Shown one piece after another: positions 9,331 through 19,450 of a DNA stretch of 29,742 nucleotides. Below the pieces are notes generated by a model. The model was not told the origin of the DNA and ran no database searches. It worked only from the letters and a program-made list of their open reading frames with translations. Every line of letters starts with the position of its first letter. Position 1 is the first letter of the stretch. The DNA comes from Nitrospinales bacterium (GTDB lineage: Bacteria > Nitrospinota > Nitrospinia > Nitrospinales > JAJDAT01): positions 1 to 29,742 of the forward strand of contig JBHHYO010000032.1 in assembly GCA_046757665.1 (NCBI GenBank). The letters are read 5' to 3'. Both the position numbers and the translations under genes were made by a program.

Positions 9331-10140
9331 ATGCTGGTTGAAAAGCGCAAGCGCCTGGAGTCTCTTCTCCGCGGCCTGAAGGGCGTGGTTGTGGCCTTTT
9401 CCGGAGGCGTGGACAGCGCCCTGCTCCTTGCGATGGCTCATGCGGTTTTGGGGCGCCGCGTGGTGGCGGTTACTGCCCGCTCGGAGAGCCTGCCCGCCAG
9501 GGAATTGAACGCGGCAAAACAACTGGCCGGGAAATTCGGCGTCGAACACCTGGTCATTGAAACCGCCGAAATGGAATCCGCCGATTACCGCGCAAATCCC
9601 GTCAACCGTTGCTATCATTGCAAATCCGAATTGTACGCCCGGTTGTGCGCCATCGCCGGGGAACGAAACTTGCCGCACATTGTCAACGGCATCAATGCCG
9701 ATGACATGACGGACCGCCGTCCGGGCATTCTGGCGGCGGCGGAAGCCGGCGTTTCCAGTCCCCTGCGCGACGCCGGATTCGGCAAGCAGGATGTGCGCGC
9801 CTTGTCCCGCGAACTGGGCCTGACCGTCTGGGATAAACCGGCGGCGGCCTGCTTGTCGTCGCGGGTGCCCTACGGCCAACCCATTACTCCGGAAAAATTG
9901 TCGATGATCGAACAGGCGGAAGACTTCTTGGTCGCCCTCGGCTTTTCCCAGGTGCGGGTCCGGCACCATGGGGACATCGCCCGCATCGAGCTGTTGAAGA
10001 AAGAAATCCCCGCATTTTTCGAAAACGATTGCGCGGACTCCGTTTACGAAAAGTTCAAGGCCATCGGTTTCAAATACGTCGCTCTCGATGTCGCGGGTTT
10101 TCGATCAGGAAGTCTTAACGAAGTTCTCGAAAAAAAATAA
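9331..10140 (+). CDS. larE: LarE-family ATP-dependent sulfur insertase (PP-loop, TIGR00268-like)
   Basis: AFSGGVDS PP-loop, NRCYHCK, DDMTDRRPG, WDKPAAACLSSRVPYG, QVRVRHHG, GFRSGSLN. Confidence 0.9.
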   Translation: MLVEKRKRLESLLRGLKGVVVAFSGGVDSALLLAMAHAVLGRRVVAVTARSESLPARELNAAKQLAGKFGVEHLVIETAEMESADYRANPVNRCYHCKSELYARLCAIAGERNLPHIVNGINADDMTDRRPGILAAAEAGVSSPLRDAGFGKQDVRALSRELGLTVWDKPAAACLSSRVPYGQPITPEKLSMIEQAEDFLVALGFSQVRVRHHGDIARIELLKKEIPAFFENDCADSVYEKFKAIGFKYVALDVAGFRSGSLNEVLEKK

Positions 10141-10186
10141 AACGTTCGTTTGCGGATGATTCACGCATCTCCTCCCGGGAGGGACC

Positions 10187-10420
10187 ATGTGGAAGGTTGA
10201 GTTGAAACCGGAAGTCAGAAGGGAGTTGAAGAACCCGGACCGGTTTGCGTCCGGATTGAGCAATATCTACACCGGGCTGATGATCACCATGTGCGGCGTG
10301 GCGTTCATGCTGATTCTGTTTTTCCAGAAACCGGAAGACGTTCTCAAACCCACGTGGATCATTCTGCTGGGGTTGTGTATCGTGGCTTGGGGCGAGTGGC
10401 AAAAGGCCCGGTCCAGATAA
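10187..10420 (+). CDS. Small hypothetical membrane protein (two hydrophobic helices)
   Basis: GGGAGG RBS; two hydrophobic segments (IYTGLMITMCGVAFMLILFF; WIILLGLCIVAWG); fills the gap between larE and the convergent gene. Confidence 0.75.
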   Translation: MWKVELKPEVRRELKNPDRFASGLSNIYTGLMITMCGVAFMLILFFQKPEDVLKPTWIILLGLCIVAWGEWQKARSR

Positions 10421-10434
10421 CCGCTCTGTGACCG

Positions 10435-11694
10435 CTAATCGTTTCGGTACACATGGATCGAGGCGATGGGGTCGATTTGGGCGAATTCCTTTACTAGCTT
10501 TATCCTGTTACGACGTAGCGGCGTGTCTCGCAGAAAGATGATCCTGCCGCTTTCGGTCGTCAGTTCTCTTGACAAGATCATTCCGTTTTTTAATTCATCG
10601 ACAGTGATGACCGTTTCCGACCGGGGGACGGTTTGGTGCCTCTTGAGGAGTTGGAGCAGGGCATCGACCACGGAAAGGTCTAGCTTGTTTTTAAAATCCG
10701 TTTTTATTTTTTTGATGGCCTGGTCGCAATCCCAGGTGACTCCATCGATTTCGATGTTTCGGTAGTTGCTGTTGCCCAGCATTTCGTCAAAAGCGTTGGC
10801 GACGGCGATGATTCGGGAGGGGAGGGGGATATCCTTTTTTTGTAACCCGTCCGGAAATCCACTGCCGTCCCAGTTCTCGCATTGATATCTGATAATGATT
10901 CCCACGCCCTCCAGAGAAAAATGCGATTGCAACATATCCTGTCCATGGATCGGAAACCGGGAAAAAACCGTTTGCTCGGCGGGGGACAAATTGACAAAGG
11001 GCGTGACTCTCAATCGTTTCGGAAAACTCTGCTTGCCGATATCGTGGAACAAGGCGGCGATTTCAATGGCGCTCAACAAATGAGAAAACCCCATTTCTTC
11101 GCCGATTTCCCGCGCCAGCCAGGCGACGTTTTTACTGTGAAGAGCGAAATCGGGGTCCGTGTAATGGATAACGTCGAAACTGAGCTTGAGCGTGTTGAAC
11201 AGTTCCTCCTGCAGTATAAGGGTCCTTAAGTCGGTCTTGTTGCTGTCATCCAGCAAAGACTTCATCTTGTCCCAGGATTCCCTGTCCACCTTTGCATTTC
11301 TTGCTTCGAGGGCGGCCTCGATTTGCTTGACCAGGTAATCCATGTCCAGCGGTTTGGGAACATACCCGAATGCGCCTCTTCTCATACATTCCTCGGCCAT
11401 TTTGACATCGTCCATGACCGTGGTCATGATGATTTCCATTTTGGGCTGGCGCAATTTGATTTTCTTCAAGGCGTCAAGACCGTTCAAATTGGGCATCCGG
11501 ATGTCCATGAGAACACAGTTGGGCTGGAATTTCTCGATTTTGGAGAGAGCTTCAACGCCGTCGGAAGCGGTTTCAACCGTATAGTTGAATTTTTCGAGAT
11601 ACTGCTTGATCATTCCGGACGCAACCGACTCGTCATCGACGACCAGAATCCTTGCGGAGTGAAAATATGTTCCGGGTGGCTTCATGGCGTTCAT
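10435..11694 (-). CDS. Response regulator with degenerate HD-GYP output domain
   Basis: REC (ILVVDDE, LMDIRMP, KP), then HSKNVA, FHDIGK, ENWDGSGFPDGL, RIIAVANAFD and a C-terminal ELKNGMILSREL extension. Start could be 11685. Confidence 0.88.
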   Translation of the reverse strand: MNAMKPPGTYFHSARILVVDDESVASGMIKQYLEKFNYTVETASDGVEALSKIEKFQPNCVLMDIRMPNLNGLDALKKIKLRQPKMEIIMTTVMDDVKMAEECMRRGAFGYVPKPLDMDYLVKQIEAALEARNAKVDRESWDKMKSLLDDSNKTDLRTLILQEELFNTLKLSFDVIHYTDPDFALHSKNVAWLAREIGEEMGFSHLLSAIEIAALFHDIGKQSFPKRLRVTPFVNLSPAEQTVFSRFPIHGQDMLQSHFSLEGVGIIIRYQCENWDGSGFPDGLQKKDIPLPSRIIAVANAFDEMLGNSNYRNIEIDGVTWDCDQAIKKIKTDFKNKLDLSVVDALLQLLKRHQTVPRSETVITVDELKNGMILSRELTTESGRIIFLRDTPLRRNRIKLVKEFAQIDPIASIHVYRND

Positions 11695-11704
11695 CGTAAG
11701 GAAA

Positions 11705-12085
11705 TTATGACGCCTTTTTTCCCGTCGTTAATTCGCGAATGGATTCCAGAAGTTGCTCCAGGTCGGCGGGTTTGTTCAAAACCTCGTGCGCTCCCTGGCG
11801 TTTCAGCGAATCAACCATGTTCGGAACGTCTATGGCGCTGATGACGATGATTTTCATTGTCTCGCTGATCCATTTGGCTTTCTGAAGAACCTCATAGCCA
11901 TTGAGACCAGGCATTCGAATATCGAGCGTCATCAGGTCCGGCGGTTCCTCCTTGATCAAATCAAGCGCCTGCTCTCCGTTAGTGGTGAACGATACCTGGT
12001 AGCCATGTTTTTCAAGGAAAGCTTTCAAGGATTTGCAGAACATGTACTCGTCATCGACAATTAATATTTTGGTTTTCCTCGGCAT
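11705..12085 (-). CDS. Single-domain response regulator
   Basis: ILIVDDE, TLDIRMPGLNG, ISA, NKP; 126 aa; AGGGGA RBS. Confidence 0.93.
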   Translation of the reverse strand: MPRKTKILIVDDEYMFCKSLKAFLEKHGYQVSFTTNGEQALDLIKEEPPDLMTLDIRMPGLNGYEVLQKAKWISETMKIIVISAIDVPNMVDSLKRQGAHEVLNKPADLEQLLESIRELTTGKKAS

Positions 12086-12102
12086 GTTGTTGTTCCCCTT
12101 TT

Positions 12103-13266
12103 TTAGTGAATCATTGTTTGACGTGGTTGTTCTTGCGCATGTTTTTCGTTTGCAGGGATTTCGACCGGAATTTTAATAATGAATGTGGTTCCCTTGCCCA
12201 TTTTGCTTTTTACGTGGATGGTTCCGCCGCGGTTTTCGATGATGGAATGAATCAGCGAAAGGCCCAGGCCCGTTCCCTTTCCCGGTTTCTTGGTGGTGAA
12301 GAAAGGGTCAAAAATCTTGTTGACTATATCCGGGGCAATGCCGGGGCCGTTGTCGGAAAAGCGGATTTCCACGCAGTGTTTCATGGCCTTGGTTTGAATG
12401 GTTATGGTGTTTTGCGTTCTGTTTTCCATGGCGTCTCTTGCATTGTTCAGCAAGTTTAGAAAAACCTGCGCCAGCTTATCCTCGTCGGCGTAAATTTTGG
12501 GAAGATTTTCGTCGTAAACCCTGTTAATGACAATATTGTCCAGATTGAGGTCGTGTTCAATCAGCGTGGCGCTTTCGTCAAAAAGTTTGTGAATGTCCAC
12601 GAAGCCCAGTTCGTCTTTTTTCTGATGGGCAAACATTCTCAGGTTGTTCGTGATTTTCGTGGCCCGCTTAACTTGGCCAAGCATTTTGTTGAGGTTCTCC
12701 ATGGTGGACTCCGGCAGGCCATTGAGCCGTTCCAACTGAATGATGGTGCCGATGATATTCAAGGGATTGAGTATTTCGTGAGCCACACCCGCGCACAGCG
12801 TACCAATGGAGGTGAGCTTTTCATTCCTTAGCAATACGGACTGAGCTTTTTCCAGTTCCTGTTCCTTGGCATGAAGCTCCACGGCATAGCGAATGGACTG
12901 CGCCAGCGCATCTTCCGACAGTTTGGCCTTGTCCAGGTAATCCGTTGCGCCGGACTTCATGGCCTCCACCGCCACCTCCTGGTCGCCTTGTCCGGTAAGG
13001 AAAATGACGGGCGTCTTGTCGCCCTTGCTTCTGATCTCGCGCAAAAGCGCAATGCCGTTTGCTTCGTCCAGCCGGTAGTCCACCAGGGCCACATCGTAGG
13101 AATTGTGGCCCAGAATCTCGATGGCGGCCGCGTAGGATGCCGCATGGTCGATGATCTTAACCTTTGTGCCGAGGGCGTCGCGCAACAAATCCGAAACAAA
13201 CACGAAATCATCCTCGTCATCATCGGTGATCAATATGTGAAGCGGTTTTTTCTTCATGTCATTCAA
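12103..13266 (-). CDS. Hybrid histidine kinase (REC-HisKA-HATPase)
   Basis: REC (ILITDDD, LVDYRL, FLTG, DYLDK), H-box [11 protein letters not shown]-box [29 protein letters not shown]. Start may be 13257. Confidence 0.93.
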   Translation of the reverse strand: MNDMKKKPLHILITDDDEDDFVFVSDLLRDALGTKVKIIDHAASYAAAIEILGHNSYDVALVDYRLDEANGIALLREIRSKGDKTPVIFLTGQGDQEVAVEAMKSGATDYLDKAKLSEDALAQSIRYAVELHAKEQELEKAQSVLLRNEKLTSIGTLCAGVAHEILNPLNIIGTIIQLERLNGLPESTMENLNKMLGQVKRATKITNNLRMFAHQKKDELGFVDIHKLFDESATLIEHDLNLDNIVINRVYDENLPKIYADEDKLAQVFLNLLNNARDAMENRTQNTITIQTKAMKHCVEIRFSDNGPGIAPDIVNKIFDPFFTTKKPGKGTGLGLSLIHSIIENRGGTIHVKSKMGKGTTFIIKIPVEIPANEKHAQEQPRQTMIH

Positions 13267-13293
13267 TAGGGTTTGGCCCGTGCCCTCCAGGAG

Positions 13294-16200
13294 TCATGAA
13301 CATTTCTTGCCGGCCACCATGCTTTCCAGTGGATCTTTCTTCTTTTTCGGCGCCGTGCTTTCCAGCGGCAGGGAGATGATGAATCGGGCGCCCTTTCCCT
13401 CCTCGCTTTCCGCTTTGATATCCCCGCCGTGCATGGCCAGGCTGGAATAGGCCATCCAAAGGCCCAGGCCCGTTCCTTTCCCGGGGTCCTTGGTGGTGAA
13501 AAACGGATCGAATATTTTACCAATGTTATCTGGCGGAATCCCGGGCCCCGTGTCCGAGATCGTGATTTCTATTCCGCTGGCCAGGGTTCGGGTTTTTATG
13601 GTGATGAGTTTCTCTTCCTGCTCGTGTATTGCGTCCCGGGCATTGTTGAGCAGATTCAGAATGACCGTCGCCAGCAAATCCTCGTCCGTATGAATAACGG
13701 GCAAATTGTCGCCGTAATCCTTGCTGATGATAATATTGTCCAGATTGAAGTCGTGTTCGACCAGGGCGGTGGTGTTGTCCAGAAATTCGTTAATCTTTAC
13801 CGGGGTGATTTCGGTTGTTTTTTTGTGGGAGAACATTCGGATATTGTTTAAAATTTTGGTGGCCCGTTTGACTTGAACCTTGATTTCATCCAGGTGTTCC
13901 CGGGTTTCTTTCGGCAAGTCACTGTTGAGTTGCTCCAACTGGACGATGGTGCTGACGATGTTGAGCGGGTTGAGCACTTCGTGGGCGACGCCGGCGGACA
14001 GCAGGCCGACAGTGGCGAGTTTTTCGCTTCGCACCAGTATCGATTGGGTCATGCGCAACTCCTCCAGCGCCTTGGTCAAACTCACGTTGCTTTGGCTCAG
14101 CTCCTTGTTGCTTTGGCTCAGTTTCTGGTTGATTTGCTGTTCTTTCTCTTCCGCCTGTGTGCGTTCAATGACCCGGCCCAGTTGAACGCCGATGTGAGCC
14201 AGGGCCGCCAACAGGGCCTCATCCGGTTCCAAAATTTCCTCGGAAAAAAATTCCAGTACGGCGATCACTTCCTTGCCTTTCAATACCGGAAAACCAAAAG
14301 CGGCCATGATGCCAATATGCTTTATCGCCTTGGCCCTTGGAAACTTCAAATCCTGAGTGACATTCTTGATCCACAAAGGTTTGCCGCTGGCCAGAACCTG
14401 GCCCGGCAGGCCTTCCCCAGGCAAGAAACGGGTGGTCTCCGATATTTTCTTGAAGGATTTAAATCGTTCGGGATCGTCGAAATGCCAGATCGGCGCGGGG
14501 ACCGCTATTTTTTCAGGATCGTTTTGGCAAAGATAGACATGGCCGATGGGCCAGCCGGTGAACTCGCAGACTTTGTCGAGACGAATTTTAACGATTTCCT
14601 CGAAAGTCTGGGCTTCGCCCGCGGCTTCTGCGATAGCTCTGTCCAATTGGAGAAACGTGTGCGTGCGTTGCAGTTTTTCCTTCGCCCGTTTGAGATCGGT
14701 GATATCGGTGCCGTAGAAATTAACGTAATTTAATTCGGGTACGGGCCGGATAGTAAATAAGAAAACCCGGTTATTAAACTCAATCTCGGTGCATTCGGTG
14801 GCGTTGGCGGCGAACGATTTTACAACCGGTTTTAGAAAAAGGTCGGGAAGGGGTTCCCCGATTTTTAAAAAATCTTTCCCGAAAATGTTGAAGCAGACTT
14901 CATTGGCGTACAGCAAGGCTCCCATGTTTGTTGCCCGCATTACCGGATTGGGATTTTCGGCTGGGAATTTTGACAAGCTTCGGATTTTTTCTTCCATCTC
15001 CTCGCGCGCGTCGAGGGTTTTTTGCAGAATCTCATTGGCTTTTATCAGTTGTTCGGTTCTTTCTTCCACGCGGCGTTCCAGTTGATCGTGCGCCTTGTGC
15101 AGGTCTTCCTTGGCCCGTTTGTATTTTTGTTCATTCCAGTACGCTTCTATGATTTGAGCGCATGTGTTGATGAGGGGTTGGATATATTGCAACAGGTTTT
15201 CATTGTACCCGCCGGGGCGGTTGGCGATTCCCGCCATCCCGATAGTTTGCCCTCCCACCTTGAGGGGTATTCCCAGAAATGAGTCCAGTGGTGGATGCCC
15301 CTTGGGCAGGCCGCCGCGCCGGGGGTCGGTGGACGGGTTGTTGGCAATCACCGGCTCTTCGGAAGTGATGACCGCGCCGAAAAGCGTTTTCAGATTGTGA
15401 AACTCCATCCCCTCATTTTTAAGTTTCTCATAGAGTTCCCGCGTTTCTTCATTCCAGGCAATGTCTGTGATGGCATGGATTTTAAGATAAGATTCGCCCT
15501 CCGGGGTCTGGAGGATTTTGCCGATAAAGCCGTATTTGCTTTGGCTCAACCCCAGCAGATGCGTCAAGAGTCCATCAAACAAAGTATGGGAATCGGTATG
15601 GGCGATGTATTGCGATTGGGCCTTGTTGATAGCGTCCAGCAAGTTGCGGGCTCCCCTTTGCTCTTCCTCCATCCGTATGCGTTCGCGGATCTCTTCCTCC
15701 AGCGCCAGGTTGTATTTGTCGATTTCCCTTGCGCGCTCCCGCGCCTTTTGGGAAACATGAATCGTCCACGCCAGAAGGAAAGCCAGGAGAACCCCGGCGA
15801 CCAGTATCGCTTCGGAGGCATAGGATTTTTTATCGGCAAGATATTCCGGTAGAGGCCGGGTTTTCAGGTGCCAGGTTATGTTGTTAAAAGTTACGTTGGT
15901 TTCGGTGTCGTCCCATAGATCGCCCAGACCGGCATCGCCTTTGTTGTAAATTTCCTCGTTATTGTCAAATATTGTGAGGGAAATTCCCTCGGCGAATTTT
16001 TCCTTAAGAATGTGTTCCAGCAATTTATCGATTCGAAAAACGCCGGAAGTAAATCCGCCGAATTCGCCGTTTTGGAAAATGGGAACATAAATTCGAAAAC
16101 CTTTCCCCCCCTGCGCCAGGTCGATTGCGTGGGTAGCCGTTATTTCGCGTGTATCCCGGGCTCTTTCCAGGGCGACCCGCCGCCGCTCCTCGGACAACAG

Positions 16201-16572
16201 GTTGAGGCCCAGGGCTTTTTCATTGCCCTCCAAAGGTGCAATCCATCGGACGTGGAACGAGGGGTCCACCCATTCGATGGCTTGATAGAGGGGACTCTGC
16301 TTGACGTAGAGCTTCGCGTCCGATCTCCATCTTTCCTGCCGTAGTTTGCCGTCGGCTTCCCATCGCCTGGCCATGCGCTCCAAGGCCAGGGCTTGGAATT
16401 CGATATGTTCCTCCATTTCAGTTCTTACGTTTTCGGCTTTTAGTTCGATGTGCGTTTTAACGTAATCGCGTTCCTCCGTGGCCAGGATATAACTAAGGGA
16501 AGCGCTGAGCGCAAAAATACCAAGACCCGCGAGAAGGGGAGCCACGCGCCATATGTACTTTTTCTTTTGCAT
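13294..16572 (-). CDS. Membrane sensor histidine kinase (TM-CHASE-TM-GAF-PAS-GAF-HisKA-HATPase)
   Basis: Two TM helices flank a CHASE-like region ([37 protein letters not shown]). Then GAF ([12 protein letters not shown]), PAS-like ([13 protein letters not shown]), second GAF ([14 protein letters not shown]), H-box [10 protein letters not shown] and G boxes. Confidence 0.93.
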   Translation of the reverse strand: MQKKKYIWRVAPLLAGLGIFALSASLSYILATEERDYVKTHIELKAENVRTEMEEHIEFQALALERMARRWEADGKLRQERWRSDAKLYVKQSPLYQAIEWVDPSFHVRWIAPLEGNEKALGLNLLSEERRRVALERARDTREITATHAIDLAQGGKGFRIYVPIFQNGEFGGFTSGVFRIDKLLEHILKEKFAEGISLTIFDNNEEIYNKGDAGLGDLWDDTETNVTFNNITWHLKTRPLPEYLADKKSYASEAILVAGVLLAFLLAWTIHVSQKARERAREIDKYNLALEEEIRERIRMEEEQRGARNLLDAINKAQSQYIAHTDSHTLFDGLLTHLLGLSQSKYGFIGKILQTPEGESYLKIHAITDIAWNEETRELYEKLKNEGMEFHNLKTLFGAVITSEEPVIANNPSTDPRRGGLPKGHPPLDSFLGIPLKVGGQTIGMAGIANRPGGYNENLLQYIQPLINTCAQIIEAYWNEQKYKRAKEDLHKAHDQLERRVEERTEQLIKANEILQKTLDAREEMEEKIRSLSKFPAENPNPVMRATNMGALLYANEVCFNIFGKDFLKIGEPLPDLFLKPVVKSFAANATECTEIEFNNRVFLFTIRPVPELNYVNFYGTDITDLKRAKEKLQRTHTFLQLDRAIAEAAGEAQTFEEIVKIRLDKVCEFTGWPIGHVYLCQNDPEKIAVPAPIWHFDDPERFKSFKKISETTRFLPGEGLPGQVLASGKPLWIKNVTQDLKFPRAKAIKHIGIMAAFGFPVLKGKEVIAVLEFFSEEILEPDEALLAALAHIGVQLGRVIERTQAEEKEQQINQKLSQSNKELSQSNVSLTKALEELRMTQSILVRSEKLATVGLLSAGVAHEVLNPLNIVSTIVQLEQLNSDLPKETREHLDEIKVQVKRATKILNNIRMFSHKKTTEITPVKINEFLDNTTALVEHDFNLDNIIISKDYGDNLPVIHTDEDLLATVILNLLNNARDAIHEQEEKLITIKTRTLASGIEITISDTGPGIPPDNIGKIFDPFFTTKDPGKGTGLGLWMAYSSLAMHGGDIKAESEEGKGARFIISLPLESTAPKKKKDPLESMVAGKKCS

Positions 16573-16837
16573 ATGATGGCCTCTATTTCTCCATTCCGAA
16601 TTTTGATATTCTAAAGCCCCTTGCAGACTTGTTCAGGTCCGAGGAAGATTCGACATGAGACTTGTTCGGCAATCGAAAGGATGTGAAATCACTTTGTTAT
16701 TGCGCCTTGTCTCGGCCTAAAACCCGTATCTTATATGATAGCACAACAACGGTGGTTGTAATAAAAATTTCGGTTTAAATTTTGGCAATGAGAAATGGGG
16801 AGGTTACCAAAAAAAATTCTGAACTCTCTGTTTTTTC

Positions 16838-17953
16838 TCAAGAACCGGCGTGCGTGCCGGCTTCTGCGAGCAAGTTCAGAATTGTAGAAGCCGTTTCCTG
16901 CCAGCTCAGTTTTTGGACTCTTGCCGATCCTTTTTCGATCAGTTCCCGCCGCAGGTTTTGATTTTCGACAACCGCGCTCATGGCCTCCGCCAGGTTTGCC
17001 TCATTTAAAGGATCGACAATCATGGCCGCTCCGGCGGCAACCTCCGCCACCGCTTGCGAGTTGGGTATGATAACCGGAACGCCGCAGGCCATCGCCTCGA
17101 TGACCGGCAGGCCGAATCCCTCGTAAATACTGGGGTAAACCAGGCAGGAGGCCTCCTGATAAAATGCCGCCAGGTCTTCGTCGTTCATGTAGTCGAACGA
17201 GCGCACCCTGTCTTGCGCATTCAATTTACCGGTTTGCACCGTCTTCGCGCCGATCAGAACCAGTAAGTGGTCCGGGTGTTTTTTCAAAACTCTTTTGAAG
17301 GATTGTCTGAGCAAGGGAACGTTTCTTCTTTTGAAGGGAGCGCCGACGAACAGGAAAAAGGGTTGGGTGATTTGATATTTGTCAGCGAGCAGGTTTTTAC
17401 GGGCGTCTTTATCGCTAAACTGAAAATGCTCCTGCGGCGCCCAGTAGATGGTGGAAATCTTGTTTTCCAGGTTTTTCCCGTACTGGGTCAAGACTTCCCG
17501 CCTGGTGAAGTTGGAACAGCAGATGATTTTCGCGGCCCGGCGCACGCTCCACCGGGTCAGCCCGCGATAAAACAAGCCTTGCCGAAAAGAAAACCATTCG
17601 GGGTGGGTCTGATAAGAGATGTCGTGGAGAATGACCGCGGTGGGACACCGGGTTTTCAGGGGAATGGTGTAAGATGGGGAAAAGAAAACATCGATGCGGT
17701 CCTTGTCGATACATCGGGGAATACAAATTTGCTCCCAGATGCGGTCCCGGTTGAGCCAGGCGGGTAGCGAAACCAGTTTTTTCTCAAAAGCGGGCGAGTC
17801 CAGAAGATCGATTTCCGGCAGGGCGTTTTTGAAATAAAGAACAAACCGATGGTTTAGAGGATTTTCGCTCCAGGCTTTCAAAATGTTGCGTAGCACACGG
17901 CCGACCCCATGAGGGTTGAACTCCAGTTCCCTTGCGTCCACGCCGATTTTCAC
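16838..17953 (-). CDS. Glycosyltransferase family 4 (GT-B)
   Basis: MKIGVDAREL..GVGR start (GTG 17953, AAGGA RBS), ILHDISY, LVYPSIYEGFGLPVIEAMACGVPVI. Confidence 0.93.
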   Translation of the reverse strand: MKIGVDARELEFNPHGVGRVLRNILKAWSENPLNHRFVLYFKNALPEIDLLDSPAFEKKLVSLPAWLNRDRIWEQICIPRCIDKDRIDVFFSPSYTIPLKTRCPTAVILHDISYQTHPEWFSFRQGLFYRGLTRWSVRRAAKIICCSNFTRREVLTQYGKNLENKISTIYWAPQEHFQFSDKDARKNLLADKYQITQPFFLFVGAPFKRRNVPLLRQSFKRVLKKHPDHLLVLIGAKTVQTGKLNAQDRVRSFDYMNDEDLAAFYQEASCLVYPSIYEGFGLPVIEAMACGVPVIIPNSQAVAEVAAGAAMIVDPLNEANLAEAMSAVVENQNLRRELIEKGSARVQKLSWQETASTILNLLAEAGTHAGS

Positions 17954-18066
17954 GTTCCTTGAATCTCCTCTGGGTCGTTCGGTGGCAACATTGTAGCGGT
18001 TCCCCAAAAATTTCGTAAGCGGATTTTGGCCCGTTTGCCGCCATTCGTTGCCGCGCTATTCAGGTT

Positions 18067-18096
18067 TTGCCATTTAACGAAAGAATGAAATATAAT
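18067..18096 (+). promoter_or_regulatory. Candidate sigma70 promoter for the SGNH / GT2-GT9 operon
   Basis: TTGCCA (18067-18072), 18-nt spacer, TATAAT (18091-18096). Confidence 0.55.
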
Positions 18097-18124
18097 GAGC
18101 GCTAAACGATACGCTCCCCGCCGG

Positions 18125-18276
18125 GGAGACTTTTGCATAAGCGTCTTTGTTTGACCGTCATTGCGAGTCGGCTCAGCCGACGAAGCAATCCAGGCTTTCT
18201 GGATCGCCACGCCGCCGGTGGCGGCTCGCGATGACACCGGGGGTGGCGAAGAATCTCGGGTTATGCAAAGCTCTCC
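18125..18276. mobile_element. MITE-like element (152 bp): IS5/IS1106-like terminal inverted repeats enclosing a REP-like palindrome
   Basis: Left end GGAGACTTTTGCATAA and right end TTATGCAAAGCTCTCC form a 16-bp imperfect inverted repeat. Internal hairpin 18157-18235: GTCATTGCGAG...CGAAGCAATCCAG/CTGGATCGCCACG...CTCGCGATGAC. No transposase and no clear target duplication. Confidence 0.7.
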
Positions 18277-18310
18277 TGGCCTGGGGACGTTCAGTGTATG
18301 GGAATGGCGC

Positions 18311-19450
18311 ATGAGTTTGAGAAAAAAAATCGCTTTCAGTCTGCTGGCGACCGGTTTGTTTTTGATCGTGTTGGAAATCCTCTTGAACACGTTCGGCGAT
18401 TTTCCGGCCACCCGTGTTCTTTGTTATGACACGGTTCTGGGAGATGTCTATTGTCCCAACACGGAAGGCCAACTTCACAAGGATATCGACAAATATATAA
18501 AGGTCAACTCCGACGGGTTGGTGGACAAGGATTATCCCGTCGACAGGGTTCCCGGAAAATTACGAATCGCGGTGCTGGGGGATTCCTTTGCCGCCGCGGA
18601 AGAGATTGAACCGGGGAAAAAATTTCATGATCTTTGGGAAGAACGCCTGCCCCGCCGGCTGGGCCGTCCGGTGGAGGTCCTAAACTTCGGCGTGCGCGGA
18701 AAAGGCACTTTCCAGGAATTGCAAATGTTCCATCTCAAGGCGGCGCGCTACAAACCCGATCTCACGGTGCTGGCATTTTTTTGGGGCAACGACGTGGAAA
18801 ACAATCTGGGTGAGCTGAAAAACGGTCAGCTGAATCCCTTGCTGGGTGAATATCCGGTGGATTCCGGCTGGGAAAAGTTTGTGCGTATGCGAAGAAATTT
18901 CAACAAGTGGTTGTGGAATCATTTCGCCCTGTATCAGTTCACCCGCGACCATTACAATAAACTTGAGCAGAGAGTCAAAGGCTATTTTCGTTCCCGGTTT
19001 TTGCCGGCCCCTGCCATAGCCGCATCCGCGGCCGCCGCGCCGCGCCCGGCCTGGCTGAAAACCGTGAATTTCGATGAAATCAAGAAAGACACGCCATCGA
19101 TTTTTGATGACAGGTTCTTTTTTGATTCGGAGGGATGGGAACTGACTCGGCGATTGATCCTGCGCTTGAGAGATGAGGTGCGGGACAACGGCGGGAAACT
19201 TGTCGTCATTCATTTTTTGGGGTTGACCGATTACAAAATTAAATCTCCCCTGCCGCTAAAAGAGTTCGATGATTTTTTAACCCGGGAAAAAATAAAGTAT
19301 ATCGACTTGTCCGCGAAGTTCGGGAATATGGAGGAAAAGGAATTGGTTGAAAATTTTATCCCCGGCGATTTTCATTTCAATGTTGCCGGGCACGACAATT
19401 TTGCCCGATTTACAATCGATCTGCTGGCGCGGGAATTGCCGCGGTCATGA
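18311..19450 (+). CDS. Membrane-anchored SGNH/GDSL-family hydrolase or O-acetyltransferase (AlgJ/AlgX-like fold)
   Basis: Start ATG 18311 (MSLRKKIAF then a TM helix); blocks LGDSF, NFGVRG, GND and DFHFN (DxH). The track's extension to 18161 runs through the MITE. Confidence 0.85.
   Translation: MSLRKKIAFSLLATGLFLIVLEILLNTFGDFPATRVLCYDTVLGDVYCPNTEGQLHKDIDKYIKVNSDGLVDKDYPVDRVPGKLRIAVLGDSFAAAEEIEPGKKFHDLWEERLPRRLGRPVEVLNFGVRGKGTFQELQMFHLKAARYKPDLTVLAFFWGNDVENNLGELKNGQLNPLLGEYPVDSGWEKFVRMRRNFNKWLWNHFALYQFTRDHYNKLEQRVKGYFRSRFLPAPAIAASAAAAPRPAWLKTVNFDEIKKDTPSIFDDRFFFDSEGWELTRRLILRLRDEVRDNGGKLVVIHFLGLTDYKIKSPLPLKEFDDFLTREKIKYIDLSAKFGNMEEKELVENFIPGDFHFNVAGHDNFARFTIDLLARELPRS

Noticed and set aside
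8075..9969. Minus-strand ORFs over moaA and larE
   Set aside because: Antisense to well-supported genes; no motifs.
13873..15852. Plus-strand ORFs inside the large kinase
   Set aside because: Antisense shadows of the kinase gene.
17950..18411. 153-aa minus ORF and N-terminal extensions of the GT4 and SGNH genes
   Set aside because: They translate the MITE palindrome and promoter DNA; better starts exist at 17953 and 18311.
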